A stretch of DNA of 64,000 nt, taken from a virus. Its lineage: Duplodnaviria > Caudoviricetes. The translations under genes were made by a program, and so were the position numbers. Shown one piece after another: positions 28,031 to 37,221 of this stretch; the stretch's first letter is position 1, and every line of letters begins with the position of its first letter. The notes below the pieces were generated by a model, which was not told the origin of the DNA, did no database searches, and was given only the letters and a program-made list of their open reading frames with translations. The DNA is taken from positions 105,749 to 169,748 of the IMG/VR virus record IMGVR_UViG_3300037255_000025. One strand, 5' to 3'.

Positions 28031-29518
28031 TCAGATCCAATAACCCTTGACCGTCACGCCGACCGTGATGGCACCCGTGCTCGTCACGACGCCGAGGTTG
28101 CGCGCCACGATCGCGATGTGCTCGCTAGGGTTCGCCACCACCGGCGACTGCGTGAGGTCGAGGTCGATCGGGACCGACGAACCCAGCACACCCACGGCGG
28201 CCGTTGTCGCGTAGGTGTCGATGCCGATGAAAATCTTCCTCGGCGCCTTGGTCGTGCCGGTCGCAAAGGATGCGCTCTCGCCCGTCGCCAGTGAGGTTGC
28301 GGTGTGACCGACGGCGAGCTGATACAGGAACGCCACCGGACCGCCCGCCAGGATGACCGAGACGCATCCTTGAATCTGCACGCCGGTGATGACGAACTTC
28401 CGCGGGACCTGAGAAACACCGCCCGCCGGAACCGTATAGTCGAACAGCAGTCCGTCGTTGTTCACCGCGTAGGTCGGAAGGATTGCCGCGATGCCCCCCA
28501 GCCCCGTGACGTTCGCGGTCGTGTTGTTCAACACGGCCGCAGTAGGGCCCGAGCCCGCAGCGGAGTTGGGAAGGTTTGCCGTCGAACCGACGGTGCCGCC
28601 CTCCTGTCCCTGGTAGCCCATCAGGCCCGCCAGCCCGGCGAGATGGCTAGACGACAGGCCCGTCTGGAGGTCGGTCTGCTGAACGTGAATTCCGAACACC
28701 TTGAGCTGCGCTTGCGTGCCCGAAACGACGCCGCTGTTGCGCTGCTGCACGGTCACGGGCAGGGCACACGTCGACGAGGGCGCGCCGTTGCCCGCGGGGG
28801 TCGGGATGCTACCCACGAGCGTGTAGGGGCCGGTCCCCGACGTCGAGATCCAGAACTCCGTGACGAAGTCGGCAACGACGATACGGAGGTGGTAGGTGGT
28901 GCCGGCCGCCAGCGCAGCGCTGGCGACGGGGCCGATCGGGGTCTCGTTACCGTTGAAGTTGACGATTCCGTACGTCCCGGCGCTGGTGATGCGGAAGTAA
29001 AACCCGTCGACCGGTGTCGTCGTGGCGGTGGGTAGAAACGCGCCGATCTCGATGATCTGTCCGGCCTCGACCGGGGACACCCCCGCGATGTTGACCACGA
29101 ACCCCAGCACCAACTGGGCGCCGCCCTGCTGCTTGAAGTAAGGCCACGAACTCACCGCACAGCCCGTCGAGGTCGTGGCGGTCGAGTTGGCGTTCAGGAG
29201 CAGCGACCCGCCGGACTCCGTGACGGTCATGGTGGTGAAGAGGCACCTCCATTGGCCCGTCGCCTGGGCCGTGCCATTGAAGTCCCAATCCAGGAGGGGC
29301 GTGGGCGAGCCGACCTGCGCCCGGTTGTCCACGGAGGACACGATCGGGCGCATGCTGCGCGTGCCCGTGATGCTGCCGTGGTCGTTCTCGCACGCCAAAG
29401 CCGCGAACCCGGCCTGCGCTTGGACGAGCGGCGTCGTAACGTTCAGGTTGTAGTTCGCGTCGACGTTGGCTTGGCCCGTCGTGCTGGAACCGCCTGTGAT
29501 GACCGAGGGAAGAGGCAT
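28031..29518 (-). CDS. virion structural protein (lectin-like)
   Basis: Thr/Gly-rich beta-type sequence in structural cluster. Confidence 0.55.
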   Translation of the reverse strand: MPLPSVITGGSSTTGQANVDANYNLNVTTPLVQAQAGFAALACENDHGSITGTRSMRPIVSSVDNRAQVGSPTPLLDWDFNGTAQATGQWRCLFTTMTVTESGGSLLLNANSTATTSTGCAVSSWPYFKQQGGAQLVLGFVVNIAGVSPVEAGQIIEIGAFLPTATTTPVDGFYFRITSAGTYGIVNFNGNETPIGPVASAALAAGTTYHLRIVVADFVTEFWISTSGTGPYTLVGSIPTPAGNGAPSSTCALPVTVQQRNSGVVSGTQAQLKVFGIHVQQTDLQTGLSSSHLAGLAGLMGYQGQEGGTVGSTANLPNSAAGSGPTAAVLNNTTANVTGLGGIAAILPTYAVNNDGLLFDYTVPAGGVSQVPRKFVITGVQIQGCVSVILAGGPVAFLYQLAVGHTATSLATGESASFATGTTKAPRKIFIGIDTYATTAAVGVLGSSVPIDLDLTQSPVVANPSEHIAIVARNLGVVTSTGAITVGVTVKGYWI

Positions 29519-29531
29519 GATCGTTTCCTTA

Positions 29532-30245
29532 CTACGTCCAGATCCAGCGGACGGTGAACGAACCAGAGAACGCGTCCACCGCGGTCGCGTCGATGTTGAA
29601 CCCGACCCCGGCCGTTGGGACGCTGCATGTGAACGCGATGAAAAGGGCCGCGTATTGATGGTCAGCGGCGGTGTAGCTGCTCGACGTGTCCTCCATGAGG
29701 AACGCCTGGCACGTCGACGTCGACAGGATCGTTGTCTGCCCCGTCACCGCGACCGTCGCGGTGTTAGACCCGGGGGCTGCGCCGAAGTTGATCGTCGCCG
29801 TGCCGGTGTTCCCCGCGTTCGTTCCGTTGGTGCCGTTCGTCCCCGCAGTTCCCTGAAGACCTTGGACGCCGCGGGTGTTACCGTTCGAGTCCACGACGTA
29901 GAAGCCGATTGACTCGGCGTCGTAGAACAGCGTGTAGCCCGCTTGGAGCGGGACGCTGATGAGCGGGATCACCACCGACCCGTCGGTCTGCTCAACCGTA
30001 ACCTGGCACGTCACGGACGCGTCCGTGTTGCGGAAGGCCATGAAGCGGCAGTTGCGCTCGGCCCCACTCGCGGGGCTCCCGACGATCGTCGTCGTCCCGG
30101 CCCCGGCGATGATCTGGTTCGGCGGCGACCCGGGCTGGTATGTGCCGTTCGAAAGTGCGTCGACGTAGTCCGCCTTGACCGCGATGGCCTGGGCCCCGCC
30201 GGTGATGAGCGTGATCAAGCTGGAAGTGTTGGACAGCAAGATCAT
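29532..30245 (-). CDS. virion protein with short collagen-like segment
   Basis: GVQGLQGTAGTNGTNGTN. Confidence 0.55.
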   Translation of the reverse strand: MILLSNTSSLITLITGGAQAIAVKADYVDALSNGTYQPGSPPNQIIAGAGTTTIVGSPASGAERNCRFMAFRNTDASVTCQVTVEQTDGSVVIPLISVPLQAGYTLFYDAESIGFYVVDSNGNTRGVQGLQGTAGTNGTNGTNAGNTGTATINFGAAPGSNTATVAVTGQTTILSTSTCQAFLMEDTSSSYTAADHQYAALFIAFTCSVPTAGVGFNIDATAVDAFSGSFTVRWIWT

Positions 30246-30625
30246 GGGCTGGGCGAAGGCTACAGCCAGCGGCGCCGCGGGTCTACTGGCCGAGACCACT
30301 ACTCCACGAAGGGGCCGCTGAGCGTGTCAACGCGGCGGACTTGGATCGGAAGCGGCGGATATCGCCCGAAAGAGACGCGCCGCCGCGACGCCCGAAAGGT
30401 ACCCGGCCCCCGAAAGCAGCGCGTAGGCCTGCGCCGAGGCTTCGACGGCCCCGGACAGGGTAAGGGTCGCGGCCGTGATAAGCGCGTCGAAGGCCGTGCT
30501 CATCACCGTCACGGTCGGCGTACCGACCGTGACGATCTGGAGCAGTTCGTTCGTCGCGTTGAGGGTCAGGTTCGCCAAGTGCCGCAGCCCTCGTTTCGCA
30601 GCTAACTACGCGGTATTGGTCAGGA

Positions 30626-31771
30626 TCACGTGAGAGACGCGGTCAAGGCCGAGATGGCGAAACTTGGCGTGATGCCGTTGGACACGGCGAGCGACGACGT
30701 CAGCGCCCCGAAGCCGTAGACGACCCCGGCGCCGCTCGTGAGCGAGCCGAAGGCGAAGTAGGTCTCGGTCTCGGACCCGCCGGTGGCGGCCGGGAACGTG
30801 ATCGCCGCAGCGTTGACGGCGTTGATCGGGTTGTTGCCCGAGATGGTCCAACCGCCCGAAGACCGCGCGACCGCGACGCGGGCGTAGCTCGTGTACCCGG
30901 CCTCGCTGGTCGTCTGTGAACCGGTCTGCCCCGGGTTCGCCGTGTGGAGGCTGATGTAGAAGCTGCCCGCGCTCGAGCTGCCCTGGATGACCGGCGCCTG
31001 GGCGAAATTGGTGTTCTGGAACACCAGGTCCCACATCGAGGTCTCGCCCGAGTTGCTCCAGGAGAACGACTGGCCGCCGAGCAGCCTCGCGATGTCCTCC
31101 ATCGCCTCCTTGGCCGTGCCCCAGACCTTGCCAGCGAACTCGCGCAGCGGCTCGAACGGGTCGACCGCCGCGATCGACGCACAACCGTTGAGATCGATCG
31201 CGAGCCCGGAGCACTCGCGGTCGAGCGCCTCCCGCGCGAGACCGCCGCCAGTGGGCGGAGCGCCACCCCCGCGGACTGCGCGCTGAGACGCCCTCTCCGC
31301 GAGGTGCTGCTTGAGGAGGCTGTCGATGCCTTGGCACGCCGAATCGACCAACACGTCCGTCGCGGCCCACAGGTCTTTGCCGTGTTGCTTCTGGACGAAG
31401 TGGATCGCGTCCTTGTGGTCGTCGGCGCGGCCCGTCCGGGCCCGCTCAGACGCAATCATGACCTCGGGCGTCAGTTGGCCGAAGAGCGACGCCACCCGGG
31501 TGGCGTGGTCCTGGTCTTTCGCGTTGCACTCCCGTTGGGCCAGCGCGGCGTCGTGGACCCGGTAGCCGTCCGCGTCCTCCACGATGCCTTCGAGGTTGAA
31601 CACGCGGCTCGGCGGTGGCATCGGCAGCGGCGTCGGGTTCTGGGCGTGGATGAGGCTGTGGACCTCGGTGCGCGTGCCCTGGAGGGCCTCGGCCGGCTTG
31701 CGCCCGGCCGCGAGGTGCTCGGCGTAGATGCGCGTGACGTCGTCGGCCGTGACGGTGTGGACGAGGGCCAT
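30626..31771 (-). CDS. virion protein with C-terminal phage tail-type domain
   Basis: YISLHTANPG..SE..YTSYARVAV..N.AAITFPAATGG pattern. Confidence 0.65.
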   Translation of the reverse strand: MALVHTVTADDVTRIYAEHLAAGRKPAEALQGTRTEVHSLIHAQNPTPLPMPPPSRVFNLEGIVEDADGYRVHDAALAQRECNAKDQDHATRVASLFGQLTPEVMIASERARTGRADDHKDAIHFVQKQHGKDLWAATDVLVDSACQGIDSLLKQHLAERASQRAVRGGGAPPTGGGLAREALDRECSGLAIDLNGCASIAAVDPFEPLREFAGKVWGTAKEAMEDIARLLGGQSFSWSNSGETSMWDLVFQNTNFAQAPVIQGSSSAGSFYISLHTANPGQTGSQTTSEAGYTSYARVAVARSSGGWTISGNNPINAVNAAAITFPAATGGSETETYFAFGSLTSGAGVVYGFGALTSSLAVSNGITPSFAISALTASLT

Positions 31772-31830
31772 GGGCGCCAGGCTAGCACTTCGACGCCGTC
31801 GCCGGGAAGCTGCGAAGAGGGCGGGCCCCG

Positions 31831-32322
31831 CTACCGTCTTGAACGTGGCGGAGCTTCACCCGACGATGGTACCAGGGCCGCGGGCATCAGGGAAACCTGC
31901 TCCAGTTCAGCGCTCGCGCCGAGCATGTCGAAGATGTCCGACTGAAAGAACCGGTATTCTCCGCCGCGGTATGGCCCCAGAAGCAGCGCCGAGGCCTCGA
32001 GCGAGTCGCGTAGACCGGGGTCTCGACCAACCGTCGCCAGAACATCGGCGAGCATCGGAAGATAAAACGGCGCGAAAACCTCACAAGCAACCGCGTAAGC
32101 CCAAAACGGGACCCAGACGTCTGATCGAGACGTCCCGTGGCCACGGACGACAACACGGCCGCCCGCGGCCTTTACAACCTCGCGTACAACCCCTTCCCGG
32201 TGAACGTGACTTCGCTCGAGCAACCAGAGCCCCGCGGTCTGGGCGTCAGACCCCTCTCGACTCCTCATCCCAACCCCAGGATCCGGCGAACATCTCGGTT
32301 TTCGACGTCGAACGTTAGGCAC
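31831..32322 (-). CDS. hypothetical protein
   Basis: ORF filling gap; start uncertain. Confidence 0.4.
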   Translation of the reverse strand: MPNVRRRKPRCSPDPGVGMRSREGSDAQTAGLWLLERSHVHREGVVREVVKAAGGRVVVRGHGTSRSDVWVPFWAYAVACEVFAPFYLPMLADVLATVGRDPGLRDSLEASALLLGPYRGGEYRFFQSDIFDMLGASAELEQVSLMPAALVPSSGEAPPRSRR

Positions 32323-32461
32323 GTTCGACCAAGGAAGAATGTCAAGCCGCGAAACCGCTCCCGCGCGACCTGTAGCGCCGCTTCGTCCTGGTCCAGGCCG
32401 GTCGTCTTCACGTCCGGATCCTTACCCTGGACACGGGCGATTCAGCCGAACACGCGGTCGC

Positions 32462-33142
32462 TCACGTCGAGGGCTCCGCGGGAACGCTCAGACAGACCCA
32501 AGAGGGCAGCGCCTTGAAGCGCGAGACGTCGCAGGGCTGCGCGATGCCCGGGACTGAGCCCTTGCTGGTGTACTGCCAGGCCAAGACGTTCCCCGCCGGA
32601 TCATCCCAAGCGCCCCACGGCGCGCACGGCGGTGGGTCCGACTGCGTGTACGACGGGACCCACAGCGGGTACTGCTTCAGCTCCGGGTGAGCCCCGAGGC
32701 CCATCGGGGTCGCAACCCACGCGGCCGTGTAGATGAGCGGCACGACATCGAGCGCGGTCGACACCGCGTCGAGGAAGTCCAGGAGCGTGTCGAGCGTCGG
32801 GATGCGTCCCGCGGCACCGACGGAGCGCTCCACGTCCACCATCGGGCAGAGCGTATGGCCACAGCCGTCAATGGTCGCGAGGAAGTGGGCCGCTTGGTCC
32901 CGACCCGCGCTGAAGGGGGAAAGAAAGTGATAGGCCGAGAGGGGCAAACCTGCCGCGACGACGCCCGCGGCATTCCTTGCGAACGTCTCGACGGTCGAGC
33001 CCGCGCCGGTCGCGCCTTCAGAGGCTTTTACCGCCACCCCGGCGACCTTCGGGTACAGCGAGCCCGCGACTCGGGCCCAGTCTGGAAGACCCTGCGAGGG
33101 CCCGATGTCCAACAGCGTGTAGGGTGCGTCCGGTGTCGCCAT
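32462..33142 (-). CDS. GH25 muramidase endolysin
   Basis: VKASEG, AYHF, DVE, LIYT, LWVPSY, WQYTSKG.VPGI..CD. Confidence 0.9.
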   Translation of the reverse strand: MATPDAPYTLLDIGPSQGLPDWARVAGSLYPKVAGVAVKASEGATGAGSTVETFARNAAGVVAAGLPLSAYHFLSPFSAGRDQAAHFLATIDGCGHTLCPMVDVERSVGAAGRIPTLDTLLDFLDAVSTALDVVPLIYTAAWVATPMGLGAHPELKQYPLWVPSYTQSDPPPCAPWGAWDDPAGNVLAWQYTSKGSVPGIAQPCDVSRFKALPSWVCLSVPAEPST

Positions 33143-33152
33143 GCCGGCGATA

Positions 33153-33748
33153 CTACACGCGCCGCAACGCAGGCATCAACCAAGCGGGCGGGTCGTCGCC
33201 CGCGGTCTGAACCAGCTCGAACGACACGCCGGCCTCCGAGCGGGTCACGAGCGCGCGCATGCCCCGGCCGCACGAGCCGCAGACGGCGCCCCGCTCGTAC
33301 GCGGTCTCGGGGTCCGTGATTGCGTGCACGATGAAGTCCGGCTCGGCGCAGAACGGACAAGGCACGTGCACCTGGGCCTCGAAGCCGAACCCGCTGATGG
33401 TCGAGTTCCGGTGGAACTTCTCCTCGTACGCGGCAAACTCTGGGCTTTTCTCTGTCGTCACTCGTCCTCCTGGTTTGTGGCGTCCTGGTCGACCACGATC
33501 TGCGTGACCCTGCGCTCCGCCGCCGACTGGACGATCTCTTGAACGAGGTCCGCGATGGGCCGGTCGTAGTCCTCAGGCGAGAGGAACCACGTAGCCCAGT
33601 AGTCGCCAGGGTCTCGGTAACCGCCGAGGCACACCTGGAGCGCTGGGTTCCCCTCGTTGTCGATGACCATGAGCGCATGGCGCTCGCGCAGGACCTTCCG
33701 CGGGAAGGCCTCCTCGAGCTTCTGTAGGAACAGGAGAGCGTTGCGCAT
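33153..33748 (-). other. two coupled hypothetical ORFs (33458-33748; 33153-33461 with CxxC pairs)
   Basis: GGGTAAG motif upstream; GTGA overlap. Confidence 0.6.
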
Positions 33749-34146
33749 ATCGGCCCCTTACCCCCCGCGGCGCCGTCTTTAGAGCGCAGGGGGCCGGTCC
33801 ACGGTCCGCGCCAGCTCAAAGTCGGCGTGGGCCATGAACAACTTGAACCCGTCGTGCTCATGGAACTTCGCCACTGACGCCACGACCACGTGCGGGCTTG
33901 ACCACCGGCGAAACAAACGCGCGTAGCTCAGCGCGACATCGCTCATGTCACGCAGCACCTTGCCCCACTCGACGTCTTGGGCCGCTTGGGCCCGGCCCCG
34001 CAGCCGGTCAGCGTAGTCGGTCGCGAGGCCCACGTGGGACCGCCACTGGCCCGTCGAGGCCCGGGGGGTCTTCTCGGGCTCCTCGGCCTTGTCGACACGG
34101 TCGTCCAGCTTGCTCACCCGGGCAACGATAGCAGAAGACGCCCCGG

Positions 34147-34458
34147 CTAGCCCCGCGCCTTCGCGTCGGGCGTCTCCGCGGTCGTGGTCGGTGCCGAGGG
34201 CATCGTGGTCGGGGAAGACCGGTCCGAGTCGGCTGGCGTGCCCCAGGACAGCGCCCCGCGCAGCCGTTGCACCAACAACGGGTGCTGCTCCAAGTCCTCG
34301 ATGACCGCGAGCGCTATGCCGACGGGCACGTACGAGAGCTTCGCGGGCACGACAGGGCGCGGGACAACGTGCCGGTACACCGCCCATACCCCGCGCACGA
34401 ACGCGTACCCCAGCCCGACCACCGCGAACGCCGTCTGGAGGTACTCGGGTGCCGACAT
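34147..34458 (-). CDS. small membrane protein (holin candidate)
   Basis: One N-terminal hydrophobic helix near the endolysin. Confidence 0.4.
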   Translation of the reverse strand: MSAPEYLQTAFAVVGLGYAFVRGVWAVYRHVVPRPVVPAKLSYVPVGIALAVIEDLEQHPLLVQRLRGALSWGTPADSDRSSPTTMPSAPTTTAETPDAKARG

Positions 34459-34527
34459 CCTTGCTAGAGCATCACCCGAACCCGGCGCTACGTCGAGAGC
34501 CGATACGCCACACTGCGGTCATCCCGC

Positions 34528-35235
34528 TCACGAGGTCGTTGGAATCGGTGGTGGCGGGCCGTAGTCCCGGCGGGTCCGGGACGCGAGCGCGGGGAACCGC
34601 GCGCACTGAAGCTCGACCGCGTCGACCCAACCCGACCCGTCGAGGCGCGCGAGCCACCGAGGCACGAAGTCGTAGAAGCACTGGCTGTAATCTTGCTCGT
34701 CGAAAGCGTGGCGTCCGCCCGGGGTCTGATCCGGTTGGCCGTTGGGCTCGACGAACCCGAAGTTGCACGCGCCGTCCGCGCCCTGCTCCGACATCATAGG
34801 GTCGACGTACCAACATTTCATTGCGCCGCGGCCCCACTCGCCCGGAGCGTATCCCGCGACCTCGGCGTCGCGCAGGTCCTCGGCGCGCTCGAGGAACGCG
34901 AGCGTCCCCATGGCGTACGCGTCGGCCGCGGTCACGACCAGCTCTACTGGCTTTTGCTTCTTGGGCGCGGCCTTCCACACGGCCTGCGCCCACGCGACCG
35001 TCATCGAGGCCCACCCCTGCGCGCGGCAGAGCCGGACCTGCTCGCGGTAGCTACACGGCACCCGCATGACCCGGCCGCCCGCCTGGGGGAACGGCATCCT
35101 GAGGGCGTCGGTGGGCACGACCAACAGGACCCCGTCGGGCTCGTACGGGACCGTCACCCACGAGATCGGCTCCGCGACGCCGGCCGCGACCGCCGCGGCG
35201 AGCCCCCAGGAAGCCGGCGCGTTCGGGTTCCCCAT
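34528..35235 (-). CDS. hypothetical protein, possible cell-wall enzyme
   Basis: Q...GRH...DYSQ C-terminal motif; lysis neighbourhood. Confidence 0.45.
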   Translation of the reverse strand: MGNPNAPASWGLAAAVAAGVAEPISWVTVPYEPDGVLLVVPTDALRMPFPQAGGRVMRVPCSYREQVRLCRAQGWASMTVAWAQAVWKAAPKKQKPVELVVTAADAYAMGTLAFLERAEDLRDAEVAGYAPGEWGRGAMKCWYVDPMMSEQGADGACNFGFVEPNGQPDQTPGGRHAFDEQDYSQCFYDFVPRWLARLDGSGWVDAVELQCARFPALASRTRRDYGPPPPIPTTS

Positions 35236-36638
35236 CACGGAAACACCGGGAAGTTTCCCAACGTCGTCGCCGTGCAGTTGCACAGCGCGGTGTATGCGGC
35301 GCGACGCGGACAGCTTGGCCCGTGTCTCAGCATCTCCTCGGCCAGCGCGCGCGAGAGCGCAACCGGGTCAGGTCGGGTCTCGCCCACCCAGACGTACGAA
35401 CTACAGTAGCAGGGTCGCATGTTGCACTTGCAGCAGAAACCGTCGTAGCTGATGTCGCTCACGGACCTAGACTACCACGGGCCAGCCCGTCACGACTTCG
35501 GGTCGGTCGCGTCGCCGTGGGCTAGCACGACACCGCCGCCCAGCAGCGAGAACAGCATCTGGACATCTGCGAGCGTCAGCGTTAGTTGTCGGTTGGGCGG
35601 TGTTCCCTGGCGCGCGACCTCCAAGAGGTAGTCCGGGGCCTCGACGACAACGCTTCCGTCGCCGTTCACGGAAGCCGATAGCGCGGGGTTCGGGAGCTGG
35701 TGCATCAGACGGCTTTCGCGGCCGACACGAGGCCGACGCCGCCCGTAACGGCGCCGAGGATGGTCGCGACCGGGCCGAGGATCTTGGCAGCGAGCGCGAG
35801 CCACGCCTCGAAGCGCTCGAGCCCCGTCGGAACGTGCCCCGCCGCGGCCTCCTTCCACCCCTCGAGCTGAAGCTGAACCTCGCCCAGCGTCGAGACCCGG
35901 ACGTCCTCCGCGGACTGCCCCGTGAGGCCCGCGAACGCGATCACACCCTGCTCGACCTCCTCCGGCGTCATCGGCTCCGCGTCGAACGGCGTCAAGGTGG
36001 TCACTTCGATCGATCCTCGCCGGCTTGCGGCAAGACGACTGTCGTCACGACAGGCCCTTGCGCGACCCCGGGCGTGCACGGCGCGGGTAGGTCCTGGCCG
36101 CCGTCGACGCCGTTGCGTCGCAGGATGCCCTGAACCTCGGCGCGGGCAGGTCGCAGGTCGGCGCGGGCCCGGGCAACCCAGGGTGCTCCGGCGTCGCCCG
36201 GTACCTGGCCGAGGTCACACACCGCGGCGTCGATGAGCCGGCGGCTCGTGTCGAGCCCCGTGGTGTCTTGGGCGGCCAAGCCGTAGCAGCCAGCATCCAC
36301 GACGCCGATCATGAACACCGCAGCGAACGCGAGACGGGACCCGGACTTCATCGCCACAGCCTACCAGGCACCACCGCGCCCCGCTAGCCCGCGGCGTCGC
36401 CCGAGACCGCCGCGAGATTGGCCAGGGCCGCCGCGGTCGCGGTCTGGGCCGCGGTGTAGCGCGCCTGGTCGTTCACGAGCTGCGCGGCTTGGGCCGCCGC
36501 CTGAGCGGTTACGAACGCGACCCGGTCGGCCGACGCCGCGACGTTCTGCTGCGCGACCGTAACGGCTTGGCCCGCCTGGGCCTCTGCCGTGAGGGCCGCC
36601 TGGTACTGCACCATCGCGGCGACGACTGCCTGGCTCAT
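35235..36638 (-). other. cluster of small ORFs (36384-36638, 36001-36351, 35705-36004, 35490-35705, 35235-35462), some membrane-associated
   Basis: Coupled ORFs with hydrophobic segments; TAGNCT motifs upstream of two. Confidence 0.55.
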
Positions 36639-36698
36639 ACACGACAAGGTACTGCACGCCCCGGCGGAACGGCAACCGCCCCGGGTAAGAGCCCTTAT

Positions 36699-37214
36699 AT
36701 GACGCAGCCGAAGAACCCCGCGAAGGCTTACCAGGTCTTGTGGGAGAATAGCTTCATTGGTCCGTTCTACCGGGGACGGCGGCGCACGCTGCTAGACCAA
36801 GGAGACTTCGTCGATGTTGATCTGCGCCCAGACCCCGCACCCCTGCTGAGCGAACTGTGCCGCCGGTTTCCGCAGACAACGCCATCGATCGTCAACAGCA
36901 GCGCTGCCGACCCGATCCTTATCGTGTTTGAGCCGCGGGACCTACCGGTCCGCCGAGCGGCGAACCGTCTCCGCAAACCCCTGCGCGATCTAAACGACGC
37001 CGGACACTACACGTCGTTCTTTGCGCTGGTCACGCGCGACCCCGCCGACACCCTGCTGCTCCAGGGTGCCTGGCTTCTCGACTCGCAGCTCTACTGGACC
37101 AACGAGGTTTCGAGCCCCGCGCGCCGCAGCTCCCGTGTACCCGGCTGGGACGGCGTCAAGCCCATCCTCGATCGCCTCACGGCCGCGGGTCGCGTCTTGC
37201 TCCGCTGCGACTAG
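36699..37214 (+). CDS. hypothetical protein
   Basis: GAAC-N12-GGGTAAG upstream of ATG 36699. Confidence 0.55.
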   Translation: MTQPKNPAKAYQVLWENSFIGPFYRGRRRTLLDQGDFVDVDLRPDPAPLLSELCRRFPQTTPSIVNSSAADPILIVFEPRDLPVRRAANRLRKPLRDLNDAGHYTSFFALVTRDPADTLLLQGAWLLDSQLYWTNEVSSPARRSSRVPGWDGVKPILDRLTAAGRVLLRCD

Positions 37215-37221
37215 TCGTTCG

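Noticed and set aside
32310-32346. Perfect TTGACA on the minus strand
   Set aside because: No -10 hexamer at 16-18 nt spacing; the nearest TAACGT is 22 nt away
36755-36770. GGTCCGTTCT match to the copy 1 guide
   Set aside because: The match excludes the first guide nucleotides and is short enough to be chance
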